Positions 37,649 through 51,638 of a DNA stretch of 64,000 bases are shown here, piece by piece (the first letter of the stretch is position 1; each line of letters opens with the position of its first letter). Source of the stretch: Patellaria atrata CBS 101060 (Eukaryota); NCBI GenBank assembly GCA_010093705.1, contig MU006095.1, positions 248,001 through 312,000 of the forward strand, read 5' to 3'. The position numbers and the translations under genes are program-made. The notes under the pieces are model-generated. The model worked only from the letters and a program-made list of their open reading frames with translations. It was not told the origin of the DNA and did not search any database.

Positions 37649-39282
37649 CTATGCTTGATCCTTATACTTTTGATGGATTTGCCTTATCTGCTCTTCCACA
37701 TTGAGATGCTGCATCTGCTGTAGTCTTGCAGCATCTTTAGTCTCTGGCGCACCATCATAACTCGTTGCGGCCTTCTTCCTCCGCGCCGCCTCTTCTTCAG
37801 AGATTGGTTGACCTGTAACACCGTCAAACACGTCACTACGCTGGCTTGCGAGCCGTTTGAGATTATTCGCGACATCTTGTGTTGAAAGATTCGTAGTAGC
37901 AAAGCGTGAGTCTGCTTTAGCTTTCTGCTCTTTCCACCTAGGGTCGAGCATTTCAACTAGAGGGCACTGATTAGTAAAGGTTGTAAACGGAGTGCTAGGA
38001 CAAGATATGACATACTCCTCATGTGATTCTCCAACTCATCGTACGGCACTTGTTGTTTACAATTTGGACAGAGAGCCATCGCCGCGCTCTGTCTCTTCGC
38101 CTGAGCACGAGGAACATAATCGTTCCTGATGCGCATTGGACCCGTAGTAACCTTTGCAGCGGCTTGTGCCAGTTGTGCCCGTTCTCGTGCTTCTGTTCTT
38201 TCCCGAATCTTCTCCTCCTCTTCTGTCTCCTGTACGGGTTGCGGGAGTGGAGGTGTGTAAGTAGTTGGGGGTGCAGGAAGTGGTATCTGAGGGAAAGAGA
38301 CGGATTGTGACGGCTGGGGTAGCTGCACAGGAGCAGCTGGCATTTGGTATGACATATCCTCATATTCGGGCATGGCCTCCTCAATACGCCTACTCGAGGG
38401 TTGCAGGGACATCATCGCCTTCTGCTCTAGCGAAGCAGATTGTAAATCATTGAGGGATGGTGGAGGAGGTAGATCCGACTGTTCATCTGCTTCCGTAAAC
38501 AGAACTGTTTCTACTACCACGAAGTCATGCCAGTCAATCTGCGCGTATGCGATCTTCTCTGCTTCTTCGGCCTCCTCTTTCTTCTGTTTCTGTTGCTCCA
38601 CCCATTGGACGTATTCAGCCCTCTCTTTTGCTCTACCAAGCAAATGATACTTGTCCTGAGCGTTCCGTTGTAATTCTGCTATCCGTACTTTCTCTGCTTT
38701 ACCCCCATCAACAGATCCACCCGTCAACAACTCAGTATACTGGTCCACCAGCCGGCTGAAGAATTGGTAGAGACTGTGTTGCGGTCGTAGAAAGTCGAAT
38801 TGATAATTGCCGGTTTCTCGCTGCGATAACGCGGTCATGAATGAGCGACCGTTTTTCGCGACGAACATAGCGGTTAATTTGACGACTTCCAAGTCTTGCG
38901 CGCTGATGTTGGGCATCCTGGCAGAGAAATGGAACTGAGTAGGCTCAGGTGGACCCTCATATTTTTCTGGTTCTTTAACAGCACCGCCTTCTCCCACTCG
39001 ACCTGCTGATACATCCGTACCCCGTCCCTCCTTGATTTCGTGGAGTCGCCATTCGTAAAACCCATTGTAGGCATCTTCGGGTATAAGGAACGAGAATTTA
39101 GGGTTGCTTGCTTCCTTCTCACGGATACGTGATTCAAAAACCGATCCGTTGCGTACGACGTATCCTGCGGTCTTCTCTATGACTGTTCTGATATCTTTAG
39201 GAGGTAAGACTACACCCGGAGGCGGTTTGCCTACTTGATCAAAAGAGGTCATCGATGGAGCCTCTGTGGCTGCTGGAGCCAT
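37649..39282 (-). CDS. PRP21: Splicing factor 3A subunit 1; intron 37957-38015
   Basis: Two SURP domains (IEKTAGYVVRNG, VKLTAMFVAKNG), YAQIDWHDFVVVET, HMRIEMLDPRWKEQ after splicing. Confidence 0.95.
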
Positions 39283-39706
39283 TTTGGGTAGAACTGCCTG
39301 CTACAGGAGCGTGTGCACTTTTTCGCTGTGGTAAGGAATGAAAATTGTTTCGCCTTGTTCACGATGCGCTACGGAAAGATAACTTTTTAGGATTACAGTT
39401 GAGTACCGCAGACGTAGATGAGAGTCTTGGCACCATAAAGTAGTTCTACGCGATCTCTAACTTATCCTTATCTGGTGGAAGGAACCTTTGTCACGCATAC
39501 AAATCTCAACAAATCAAGGGGACATTTATTAAATATTAAAGTTTATCATTCAAGGACTTCAATCGAAGTATAATCAATTTTACATTAAACTTAATCAAGG
39601 GTATAAGTTTGTCAAACCACTAATGCAACTCCTCAAAGCGCCTAAGGGAACCTCCCTATCCCAATAAGATGCACAGTGAAAACAAGAATTGAGACCCAGA
39701 CACATT

Positions 39707-40980
39707 CTACTCCTCATTCCAGATGACCATGTTAGGGAGAGTATCAGTCTTCATGGAAGCCAATGCGCCCTTGATGCTGCCGCAGGCGATCTCGCGCTCG
39801 AGGATGACGACACGGGCATTAGCTTGGAGAGCGACGGCAACGCGATCACCCTTCTTGTTGATGGAGAAGTGGCGAGGGTTCTCACCACCAGCTGGAACAT
39901 TCTGGAAGAAAGTCAAAGATCCGTCGTCTTTAGGCATGAAGGTGGAAAGCGAGTCGGAAACGATCAGGGTCGAGTTGGTAGGGTCGGGATTCTGGATACG
40001 CCAGATGCCGTCCAAGCGGTTAGCAACGACGATGAACTTGTTATCGGGCTGTGAGAATTGTTAGTTATAGTCATAGTTGAGGGGATGAGGTGGAATAAAC
40101 TTACAGAAAGTTGAATTTCAGATGCAGCAGCGGTCTTGGGAGTTGGATCAGGGCCGAAAGTGCTAATGACACCCTTCTTTTCAAACTTCATACCACCGTC
40201 TACGTATGTAACGGCAAAGCTGGTGATAGTGTTCTTAAGTTCAGAGACGACGAAGTAGAAAAGTTTGCTAGTGGGCGTATAGGTCTTATCGGGCGACCAG
40301 AAGATACCATGGCGAGGACCAGTGTTGCGATCAAGAGTGACAGAGCCATTGCTCCTGAAATGGTTGTTTGCATCCATTCCAAACCAACGGATCTTATCAG
40401 CACCAAAGTCAACAACGACCAGAAATTGACCAGTGGGATCGGTGATAACTTGATGGGCACGAGTAACGTTTTGGCGTCCAGCAGTCTCTCCAGTTGGCGC
40501 GGTTGGGTTGTCCATCGTGAGGGTGACATTCTCAAGGAGCTTAAGGTCACCGTCAGCGCTGTTGAGGGTGAAAGTGGTGATGGAGCCGCTCAAATTGGCG
40601 GCAGGGGCGCCACCGAAGTTAGAAACAGCAACAGCCTTGCCTTTGCCGAAGATGTGAGAGGTAACGCCGGAAAGGTTGTTCGTTGCGTTCTTCAACTTGG
40701 TCATCTCACCAGCCGCGCCGACCTTGTATGAGGTAATTGCGCCCATGGGTGTGCTCCAAGCTTCATCGATACAGAGAAGTGTCTTGGACTGGGGGTCCAA
40801 CTCGAGCCATGAAGGGCTACCACCGCAGTCGCGGACCTTCTTCAGCTCGGTGAGCTCAAGCCTTCCAGCAGTCTCCTCCAGGGAAAGGCTGGTGACAGAG
40901 CCGTTATATGTCGACAAGATAAGTTGAGCAGCCGTAGAGCTTCCTGCCAAAGCAAGAATGGGGAAAAGTGTGAAGCGCAT
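39707..40980 (-). CDS. Secreted lactonase-family 7-bladed beta-propeller (6-phosphogluconolactonase/carboxymuconate cyclase-like); intron 40049-40104
   Basis: Signal peptide MRFTLFPILALAG; PSWL, HQVITDPTG, VDFGAD, GPRHG, ENPRHFSIN. Confidence 0.88.
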
Positions 40981-43053
40981 GGTTGTAAAGAGTTGGTGGA
41001 TGTTGGTATGTTTAGATTCGAGGGTGGTCAATATTCGAAGAGCGTTTATCGAAGGAATCTGGATCTACACAGGGAGTAGATTGATTAAGAGTTCAGGAGA
41101 TTTGATGAGAAAGCTCGTTGATCCAGCAAAGAGAGAACAAACTAACAAAGAATGGTTCGATAATTTTGGTCACCTCGAATAAAGAACGAAGTTTAACAAT
41201 GATGATAAAGAGAACAAATCACGATAACATTGTTCTCCACAACAACAAAGAAACAATCACAGGAAGTCAGATGTTCGCTAAAATCACAGAAATAGGTGAA
41301 GAAATATACAGCAACTACATGTGCGTTAAAGGTGAGTTAAGTATAACGGTTTTGACTCTCCCTACCTACTACTCGTCATGTCACCAGCTGTACTCCGTAC
41401 TAAAGCGCAAATCATGAGGGCAGAAAGAGGCCATGATCGGCACTGCCATTCCTAAACTGTGAAACCTATAATTGCCAACTACCTGGTCCAGTCATAAGGA
41501 AGTTCAGGGAGCCGGCGTGACGATGAAAAGGCCATGAGTGCAGTCAGGAGGCGAGACAGTTTCATCGTGGTGTGCTAAAAATGCTATGCTCGAGTCCTGT
41601 TGGGCAAATGCTGACAGAGCTCGGATCACAGCCATCCTCCTCAAAAAGAACTTCGCTCCACCAGAGCCACTCCACTCCAACATCTTCACAGGCAACCAGC
41701 CGCACGCCTTACTAACTCTGTTTTTGTACCTACATTGTACATGTTGCTGTAGAACTATTACTCATGCTGTGCGCTGCTAAATCTAAGAATGTCCTTCGCT
41801 GATTTACCAAGCACGTCGCACAACCGCAAAAGGCTGGAACAAACTGCGAGGCTGAGTTTCAGGATATGAAATGTCTGTCTTTATCCACCACTCCCCAGTC
41901 TAGAGATGTCGTATTCGGAATCAATGAGTTCAAACAGATCGCATCGTGGGCTAACGACAAAAATTCATGCGCTTCGTAGAGACTGCTATACTAATTCTAG
42001 GGTAAGATTCTGCAAGAGGTAACAATAACTCATTGCTATATCCCCGCTGTCATCCCCTGACCGCTTGGCACAAGACTTGTATCATCGAAGCGTTTACATC
42101 ATTATTCACTTTAGGGATACTTTTAGGGGCGATTTGTAAGAGAGAACAAACCGAGTCCGTCCCCTTTTTCTGTCTCCAGATACGTCCAGTATCAGCATAC
42201 GAGGGTCCAACAGCGTATATTGTTAACCCGCCATCTTAACAATGTATCCACCATCTAGACTATTTGCAGGCCTCGTCAGTCAGTCGAGATGTCTAATCGA
42301 TCCTTAAACCAAGATCCGATGTCCAAATCATTGACAAGTTGCAATCTCAACCGACTATACAATGAAAGCGTAAGGGACCAGTGACCCAATACAGTTCCCT
42401 AAGAGTGCTATTCTTGGGATGGAATCTTCTTGACACTGATGTTAAGATATAAGAGTATCGTTGCGGTAAATTTTCAGATGAATGTGCAAACGAAGGAGTA
42501 TTTTGACACTTTTCATCTTCAAACTGATCTAGTTATGGTATGATATCAACCTATCTCATTCTCACTTTATCAGCACTTTCTCAATGATTTATATCAAGGC
42601 AAACGACTAGATCTACCTCACCTATCCATTTGTTGGGATGATGGTGCGAAGTTACCATTTAGGGGGTTCAGCTCTATTGGATTTCCGCAAGACTTCAGTC
42701 TTGATCTTCCTCATATCAATTATATTACCTTCAAGAGATTTTGTATGCGTTGATCGAAATCACTAGGTCGAGTGGTATCATTTTGATTCATCTTTATCTA
42801 TTCGAGGCACTCCCTATAACAATGACGATGAACCCTACCAACTGGTAGTTCTACACCTTTTCTGTCTCGGTCACCGACTTACGAACACAACCTTTATCGA
42901 CAGTTTGCTCTCCACTATGCAAATTCCATGTGAACTCCGCGATTAGAGCGGAATTAGTTTCTTTCCGTTTAGTCCCAGCTGATATCTGGCCATCCACCAT
43001 AAATGGGCGTTAGATCATCATAAAACCATATTTGTTCCTTTAACCCACAAATC

Positions 43054-43626
43054 ATGGACCGAAGGCGAGAACCGAAGACCTTTTGGGACCAATGCTGTGC
43101 ATTTTGCAAGCCAGAGAAACCACTGACACCACTACAGGAATGGAAGCATGAGCTTCTATGCAAACACAAGGGTACCGACAATGAATGGAAAATGAGATGG
43201 ACCGTCAACAGGATTTTATCGAAACTTCCCCAGGATAGACATAGCGAAGACTGTTGGCTTCACCCTAATCCCCCAAGTCCAAAAGCGGGAAGAATTGCTC
43301 TCTACTTCAGGTGGCGGTTGACCGTGAACTTCGGTATAATCGCTTTGTTTCTTGAGGGGTGATTATCTAAGAGACAACTCAAGGGTAACATCATGGAAAG
43401 CTGGCATTTGAGTCATGTGTGCGGCAATTGGACATGCTGTAACCCGGGACATTTCACTGTTGAATCCGGTACAACCAACCAATCGCGGAAAAGGTGCATG
43501 GCAAATAGAGACAAGTACTGTGACCACTATCCACATTGTATGAAAAAGAAGAAGCGACCCACCAGTTCCCTGATGCCTGCCACAGAATCACTGCCGCCCC
43601 ACTCCACCCAGCAGTCAAGAAAGTGA
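43054..43626 (+). pseudogene. His-Cys box (I-PpoI-like zinc-binding loop) nuclease-domain gene with in-frame TGA at 43360-62
   Basis: DCW...WHLSHVCGNWTCCNPGHFTVESGTTNQSRKRC...CDHYPHC; ORFs 43054 and 43393 share one frame. Confidence 0.75.
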
Positions 43627-45517
43627 CTGGTGAATTATTTTATCACTTCTCACGGAGCATGGTCATCCACATCGAGTGGAGAAGGTTACCAGAGTTTTCA
43701 GCACCATACCATTTCCTTTGGCCATTCTGATACCTTGACCGGCGGTCCAGGTACAGTACATTCCCGCTACGTCACTACGGCACTTTCATCATTCCATCTT
43801 CTCTCCATTTCAGTCGAATATACTTACCATTTACCACACACATATCTCGGATTCTCCGACACAGTTGGAATATCTTTCTTTCGATATATCAGTTACGAAG
43901 TGTTTGGAGGATGGTAACGCGGAACAATTTTAGAGAGCGTTTCACACTTTTGGGGAATTACGGGCGTCTGGGGGTTTTCAATCACATTACTAGGCTGTCA
44001 GAATGACAAACATGCGGATATGAAGCTCGCAGAATTGACTCCATTACCTATAATTACAGTAGTTCTACCTTGATGAACTGTTAACCAATTGTAACGTGCA
44101 TTAGCTCGTGGGCGATTGCAACCCTTGGCAGATTCATCTCGACTTCACTTCATCTTTCTTTTCCTCAGCACTCTTCCCATCTAATCAAGAGAGCTGAAAA
44201 CCCTGCGACACCGACAATCAGTAAATGCCAACTCCAACAAAAACAGTGCGGAGATGTACAGTACAATCCCTAGAGGACACAGAGTTCCCCCACTTGTAGC
44301 GGGAACAAGGGTGTCGTCGCCCTAAGATTTCATGTCTACCATACGATATATTCCTCCTCCATCTCCCATTGGGCTCTTTTATTTATTATTACTCCAAAGT
44401 TCACTCAAATTTCGAGTCTATGGTTCATCTTGTTAGATGGGTGCTCCGTCAATTCTTTCCCTTGTTAAGTCACAGCGCGTAGCTTCTGATCACTATGCGC
44501 TTGTCGTACAGTACAATTATGAGACATCTACCTTAAGTACAAACTCGGAATAGACGTCCATGAGTTTTCCACTTGTTTCATTCACCTAGAGTAAAGATAT
44601 AGGTCTTGTGGGTGTGATTTTTACTTCATTGCGCGAATAAGAAAGAGATATTCAATCTTTTCCACTTGGATGATCGAATTCGGAAGTTTATTTGGTGCAA
44701 CCTAAGTGACATTCAACAAAATTCTCAACAATTCTCGTAGGGTAAGGTATCCATAAGGTAGGATATATAAGCTATTCCAAAGCCATCACCCATCACCCAT
44801 CACCCATCACGCGTCCCGCATCATCGATCATCTCCGCAAACTTCGGTTGTAGTCTTACAACTTTCATTATGTAGTTAGCCAGTTTTATCCCATCTAAAGC
44901 ATAGTAATACTTTCATTAAGGTGTGGCGATAGACTGATGAATTCCGGTTCTTTGGAATTGATTATTTATTACGTCTTATTGGAGATTTCGACCATGGTAA
45001 TGGAGTCAAATGGAGGGTTGATCCTACCTTAACTGGACGACCTCTTCCACCATAAGAGCTATGAGCGCTACCGAGATAGGAAAGCGACGATAGATACTTG
45101 CTTTAGCTCTCAAGCTAACCTGAAGGTACCTTAAAGGTCCTAGGCTGGCGACGATGTAATAAAAGGCGGACTGGCTGTTCTATAAACTGATGCACCGACA
45201 TTTCTTAACCTAAATTCTTCTTCTCTCCCTTGCCTTTCTTACCCTCTAAAGCTCCTTCCTCGTGCTTTTCGTGGGCGCGACTTTGATGTTTGTCACTTTT
45301 TACTTCACAACTCTGTAGCTTCAGCTTCGGTTGTCCTTGTGACAGCAACCTTGGCTCATTTCCAACTTCTGCCTACCTGAATTTTGCGCTCGTCATTCTT
45401 CTAAAAACAACTCTCTCGCCGACAAACTGTCGAGACTGCTTATCCAGACATTCCCTCGAACCTCAAAACCTCGGTCACGCTGGCTAACACAAACCGTCAA
45501 CGGACCCGACGAGGTCA

Positions 45518-48010
45518 GTGAACGCTCATTTATTATCTTCTTCTTCTTCTTCTTCTTCTTCATTATCATCACCTCCAAGTCCTGACAATTCGGCTTCTCT
45601 AGGTCGTGGTCGAGGGACGGCTCCTCAATCAACATTCTATCAACGCCTCCCTATCGGAACTCCTACTTTCGGGGATTCCAGTGCCTTCTCTCACATCAAG
45701 GTTGTCAGTAAAGAAAGTCTGATTACCGATGGTTGTTATCAAGACGAAGAGATCCCCACCTTTCGCTCAATATCTTACTCGCTAACCCAAAAGCCCGCAC
45801 GATCAACTTCAACCACGGTCAACCCAACAGATCAAAGTGCCAACCAAGCCACACCAAAATCAAATCAATCTTTTGCTCAATTGGTTCGAGCAGCAGCTAC
45901 AGCTGAAAGTCAAGAAGCGGAAGACGTGACATCCAACCCCAGTTCCGCTACAGCGCCCGGTATGGTCAAGCTCAAACCCAGTCGTAACAAAGGAGCTAGC
46001 AAATGGAAACCTTTGGATCCCAGCGAATGGCACACAAATCGCCCCGAGACACCATCCGATGTTTCTGAATACCCTGAAAATACTCAACCCGCTGTTTTCT
46101 ACGCAGATAATTATCGACAACGCGGTCTGAAAATTCTATCTAGACCTGAGAGCGTTGTTCAGTCAAGTCGAGCGAGCTCACCTAACGGTCGATCTAATCT
46201 TCAGACCCTTCAAATTCCGGGAAACAATCTTGTTCCAAATGAATGTCAAATCACTAGAGTCTTCGGCAAGGAACTTCCCACCCCAAGGTACCTGGAGTTT
46301 AATTCAACATTGCACGTCACGGACGGCACAGTCCAATGTGTCAGACATCCTAACAATGACGTCTCAGCTCATCAGTGGTCTACAGGGGAGTCTCGTTGGG
46401 TAAATATAGGACAATACTCAAATGCGCGCAAGAGGATTGAAGGACAGATGGCGTCGGAGAGACTCTGGGATGAGACAACTAAAGAATTTTCTCAACAGCA
46501 TACACTGGAGTATTTTCGAGCTCTCTCGGAGCAACGTGAGGAAGAATTCAAGGTTGGACGAGTAAAACCATCGATTCGTCCACTTCTTACTCAGATTAAC
46601 CGAACTATCGCTGAAGCTCAGCTAAACCGCAGCAAGCTTAACACTTCCGCTTCGCAAAACCAGCGTACACCAGCGATATCTGAGCACACAATGAGCTTTC
46701 CCTCCAGTATGTTCTACCGCCCTGATTCCGGCATGCAAACTATGGAAGATCCTTTTGTGGATGCGTCAAAGCCATCTACCACCCTTAAGAATGGAGAACC
46801 CACCTTTGAACAGAATGCTGGAAATTCGGGCTACAGATTCCGCGTTCCCCCCAGCATGACACCACAGCCATTCAGTATTTCCTCTCGCACAGAAAGTGCC
46901 GACACTAAATTCATCTTTGCCGAACAGGAACGTTGTCGCATCCAACAGACCCTCTGGCCTGAACAACGTCAGCAGGTGCTTTCAGATATCCATGTCGGTG
47001 AAGATGCAGCTAGCGTTATTCATCGTGGACCAGTCATCTCGGCTCCTACTGAAGCAATTGCCACCCCTGATCTAGTCAAAGTACCCGCTACACGTGAATT
47101 TCTCATGGACTACATTATGAAGAATGGAGATACAACAACCGCTCTTTCTATGTCCACAGGACCTGCAAGGACTGTCTTGAACGATCCCGTTCGCCTTGCG
47201 ACTAGACCTCTTGCTGTCGCTCCACCGGTGACAAGCGAACCGACGTATCAGAATAACCAAATGATATCCCCGATTATGCGTCCTCCACCAGGACTTCCTA
47301 CCGCGCAATCATCCCCTCTGTCGCGAGTTACCCTTCTCGACAGCGTCCCCGAACCGGAATCGAGTTTTCGAGAACGCCAACGCCGCGCTCTAGAAGATGC
47401 CACATTAGATAAACATTTGAATGAAGAAGAGGAAGGTAAATGGGGCTTTCCTCCATGCAGAGATTTTCCCGGTCCTCCCACGCGCCAGAACTTCAACGGG
47501 CCCTTCTTTACTGATGTCGCTCGCAAGCCTAGGGAATTAGGTCCATGGCCAATCTTTCTCAAACCTATGCAAAGCCGCGAGAAACAAGTCTGGTGGAACT
47601 CCGGTAAACAACGTGCTCGTCAATCTGCTGCTATCGACGCCCTCAATGTCCCTGCGCCACCTGGCTTCCAATCTCATCCTGTCGACCAGGTGACCAACCA
47701 TCTCCTAATCGGTGTCTATGACAATCTCGCGTCTTATGTGAAAGGTATCCCAGAAGATCGCAAAGAGCAGCCGTTTGCAAAGTATAAGCAAAGCGCGGAC
47801 TGGTGTATTGATCAAACCTATGAGGCCAGCAAGAGTTTCCTCGGAGAAGATTGGGGTAAGGCACCGAATAGAATAGGAAGAGATCCGAGGTACAGGCCTA
47901 TGATGCATAATCCGAGGGATACTTTATTTGAGATGCCAGAGACGTCACACGAGATGCTTGAGAGGGGAAGGACTACTGATCGTCGTTTCAGGACATATCC
48001 GATCGGGTGA
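45518..48010 (+). CDS. Large fungal hypothetical protein (~830 aa open frame; true start unresolved, an upstream exon is possible)
   Basis: 2.5-kb ORF with ordered-looking blocks (HPNNDVSAHQWS..WVNIG; WCID..SFLGEDWG.AP.RIGRDPRY); branch-like GCTAAC at 45483. Confidence 0.75.
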   Translation: MNAHLLSSSSSSSSSLSSPPSPDNSASLGRGRGTAPQSTFYQRLPIGTPTFGDSSAFSHIKVVSKESLITDGCYQDEEIPTFRSISYSLTQKPARSTSTTVNPTDQSANQATPKSNQSFAQLVRAAATAESQEAEDVTSNPSSATAPGMVKLKPSRNKGASKWKPLDPSEWHTNRPETPSDVSEYPENTQPAVFYADNYRQRGLKILSRPESVVQSSRASSPNGRSNLQTLQIPGNNLVPNECQITRVFGKELPTPRYLEFNSTLHVTDGTVQCVRHPNNDVSAHQWSTGESRWVNIGQYSNARKRIEGQMASERLWDETTKEFSQQHTLEYFRALSEQREEEFKVGRVKPSIRPLLTQINRTIAEAQLNRSKLNTSASQNQRTPAISEHTMSFPSSMFYRPDSGMQTMEDPFVDASKPSTTLKNGEPTFEQNAGNSGYRFRVPPSMTPQPFSISSRTESADTKFIFAEQERCRIQQTLWPEQRQQVLSDIHVGEDAASVIHRGPVISAPTEAIATPDLVKVPATREFLMDYIMKNGDTTTALSMSTGPARTVLNDPVRLATRPLAVAPPVTSEPTYQNNQMISPIMRPPPGLPTAQSSPLSRVTLLDSVPEPESSFRERQRRALEDATLDKHLNEEEEGKWGFPPCRDFPGPPTRQNFNGPFFTDVARKPRELGPWPIFLKPMQSREKQVWWNSGKQRARQSAAIDALNVPAPPGFQSHPVDQVTNHLLIGVYDNLASYVKGIPEDRKEQPFAKYKQSADWCIDQTYEASKSFLGEDWGKAPNRIGRDPRYRPMMHNPRDTLFEMPETSHEMLERGRTTDRRFRTYPIG

Positions 48011-48924
48011 TGGAGGGTGAAAGGATCTGGACATCAACTTATCTTATAGAAGAAGAACTTTGCTATCATGACGTCCCAGCGTTGGGGTTGGAGGGAATAT
48101 TGGAGGGTACTATGACATCCTGGTCACCGGGGTGGAGGAAATTTTATGCTATTAATCACTATGATATCTCAGTCGCTGAGGTAGAGGGGCTAATACGGTG
48201 CATAATTAGGGTATGCTATCCTATCTTCAGGAGTCGCTAAAGAGAGTGAAAGATAGGGAATAGCTAGGGAAATGAAATCCCATGGTAGTGAGATATCGGC
48301 GCTCCCTTTCACTTTCATATGTTCCGAGGTTTCCATCATACACTCTTTCCATGCTTTGGTCTTGTAATCATAACCCCTCCTTTTCTTTCATATGTATTGC
48401 AATGTTTGATGGATTTGGGGAAGTAAAAGGAGAGAAGCAAGTTTGTCGATTGACATCCTACCGATTTAATCCGGTTAGGAGTATCGGTTGGAAGCGGAAC
48501 GCGATGTACTGTCTTTCGTAGGTAGAAATCATCGGTACATGAATTAGAATCATGTTTCGATGATATGCTGAGAAGCAAGACTTTGGAGTATTAAGTGATA
48601 TTTATTCTAACTGATAGCAAGTCATTATTCTTGTTAGTATGCTGACATGGTTATATATCGAACATCATCATCACACGTGCTGGATATAAATTCAAAAAGC
48701 GGAAGTGGATGTTGGCATGTCGGAGGTCAGCGTTGGATTGGCCGACGTCAAAAATTCCCCGCCAAGAGATTTCTTTTCCCGCTTGCCAAAATTTCTTGAG
48801 CGTAATCGAACGAGTATTGCGGTTTTGTTACAACAATCCGAAATCTTCGCCAGAACACGAGAAAGCTAGAATTTCACTTATAGGAAAGGGAATCAAGGGT
48901 TTGGCTACATTCTAGGTATTCAAG

Positions 48925-50810
48925 ATGAGTGAAGAGGAGAGTCCGCGGGTTGCGATTGGGATTTCCTTTGGGAATTCATATAGCTCAATCGCGCATACGA
49001 CGCCGGTATGTTGGATAATGCCTGATAAGTTTTGGATTTGAAACTCTTGGACTGACTAGCTTCCAGGAAGGAAAAGCTGAGGTCATTGCTAATGAGGAGG
49101 GAGGTTAGTTACTATATTCCACCTCTCACAGTTACTACATAAGGATTCGCTCACACTTTAACCCTAGATCGTCAGATCCCTTCTATACTCTCATACGTTG
49201 AAGGCGAGGAGTTTCAAGGCACGCAAGCCAAAGCTCAACTCGTTCGCAATTCTAAAAACACAGTTGCGTATTTCAGAGATTTCATAGGGCAGAAGTATGT
49301 TCCCATCTCCCCCTCATATCCCACCTACCACCATATATATACTCATATCTTCTCTCCTAGCTTCAAATCAATAGATCCTACCCCCTGTCACCAATCTGCC
49401 CACCCAATCGAGCACGAAAACACAATAGCCTTCAAGATCAAAGACACGGAAGCGGAAGAGGAAAATATCGTATCAATCTCTGAGATCACCACAAGACATA
49501 TAAAGAAGCTCGTAGCCTCCGCCTCCGACTTTCTCGGAAAGCCAGTCACCGCCGCCGTCGTCACCGTACCCACCAACTTCTCCGACGTCCAAAAACATGC
49601 GTTGAAGCAAGCGGCCGAGGCCGCGGGTGTCGAGATCCTGCAGTTCATCGCGGAACCCGTAGCCGCAGTGCTAGCTTACGACGCCAGATCCACGGCAGAG
49701 ATCAAAGACAAAGTGATAGTCGTCGCGGACCTGGGAGGCACAAGATCCGACGTCGCAGTCATAGCCTCCAGAGGCGGCATGTACAGCATCCTAGCCACAG
49801 CGCACGACTACGACTTCTCCGGCTCGCACCTCGACACCGTCCTCGTCGACCACTTCGCCAAAGAGTTCCTCAAAAAGCACAAATCAGCCTCCGACCCCCG
49901 CCTCAACGCGCGCAGTCTCGCAAAGCTCAAACTCGAAAGCGAAGCAGTCAAGAAAGCCCTCTCCCTGGGCGCCTCAGCGAACTTCAGCGTCGAAAGTCTA
50001 AGCGACGGCCTCGATTTCACCGCCACGGTTAATAGGTCCCGCTACGATCTCCTCGCCTCCAAAGTCTTCGCCGGCTTCACCCGTCTCGTCCTCGGCGCCG
50101 TCGGGAAGGCGGACCTCGACCCTCTCGACATCGCCGAAATCGTCCTCGCGGGCGGCACATCACATACCCCCAAAATCGCAACCGCGCTGCAAAACGCCTT
50201 TCCCGAATCCACTTCCGTCCTCGCCCCCGCGACTAGCGTCACCGCGCTCAATCCCTCCGAACTCGCGGCTAGAGGCGCGGCTATCCAGGCCAGTCTCGTC
50301 GCGGAGTTCGAGACTGAGGATGTCGAGCAGAGTACCCACCCCGTTGTGACGGTGACGCCGCATCTGGCGACCGCGATCGGGGTCCTGTGTCTCTCGTCCA
50401 ACGAGTCGCAGGCTCGCTTCTCGCTTCTCGTCGATCGCGCCACTCCTGTGCCGGTGCGGAGGACTAAGGTTTTCCCGACGCCGAGGGAGGGCGGGGATGT
50501 CCTTGTCCGGCTCGTTGAGGCGGTCGCTGAAATCAAAATCACTGCGCCGGCCCCTAGGACCAAAAATCGAGATGAACAAGATGTGGATGGGGAGGAGGAG
50601 AGCGAGAGTGAGGAGAGTGAGGAGGAAGAGGAACACAGGGAGTTGGTCTGGAGACCTACGAAGACGATCGCCGAGGCCGCGGTGAGGGGCGTTAAGAAGG
50701 GGGGCAGGGTCGAGGTGCAGGTTAATGTGGGCGCGGGGTTGGAGTGTAGTTTGTTGGTTCGAGAGGTGGGCGGAAAGGGGGGTGTTAGGGGGGAGGTTAG
50801 GGGGAGGTAG
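48925..50810 (+). CDS. SSZ1: Atypical Hsp70 of the ribosome-associated complex; introns 49006-49066, ~49104-49168, ~49295-49360
   Basis: IGISFGNSYSSIA, VIANEEGDRQIP, VADLGGTRSD, ELAARGAAIQASL; truncated substrate-binding domain. Confidence 0.92.
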
Positions 50811-51638
50811 GTGGATTGGAGAGGGGATTTGTGGGTAGAGTTAGGGGGGAGAGAGGGGTGGGGACTGAGGGAATTTGTTGGGGGAAAGGGACGGTGCATA
50901 GATTATTAGATAAGAGGTCTACAGGAACGAGCTACGGAAAATGATTGACACGAAGTGAAACGATCTTTTTTTTTTTTTCTTTTTTTTTTTCCTTGATGTT
51001 TCGTAGGTTTCTTGACGAGACCCAGGGGAACAGTGAACCAGTACCTTAAACGATTGCTCAAAAGAACGGGAAACAATTGAGACGGTTTTCGTCAACGCGT
51101 TCATTGCTTATTGATGTCGATATCGACGTGGTATCATAGTTCTAGCGGGGGGTGAAACCAGTGAATCACCTCAGTGAACCCAGTATAGTATAGTATAGTA
51201 TAGTACTAGAACTCAGTACTAGTACGAGCAAAGCACGACGAAAGAAGCTACCGAGAAAACCTCCCACAAAAAAAAAATTTAAAAAAAATTTCGGGAAACG
51301 AATACGGTGGGTGGAGGGAGGGGGGGAGGGTAAATGTAGGACCAGAGACTTTCCATTGTCAACATTCTATTTTATGAGGTTTGTTGCATAGCGTGCTCTG
51401 GTGTGCGGAGGTGCTTTCTGAGAGTCTAGATATTGTTCTACATCTTTTCTCTCCCTCACTTGCGCTTACAGAACCCTCCCAAACCCCACCCATCAACCTC
51501 AGCTCCCTCGCTCCCCCACCCCCTGAGACGTAAACCATCTCTCGGTACACCCAAGGCGCAGAAACCAAGGCAGTGTCTCTCATCCATACCCCCTCCTATC
51601 CCATCCCCCCCCCCCAAAGGGCAAAAAACCAAACCCAC

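Noticed and set aside
44783..44810. (CCATCAC)4 and other microsatellites (45537, 51183, 57603)
   Set aside because: Ordinary simple repeats.
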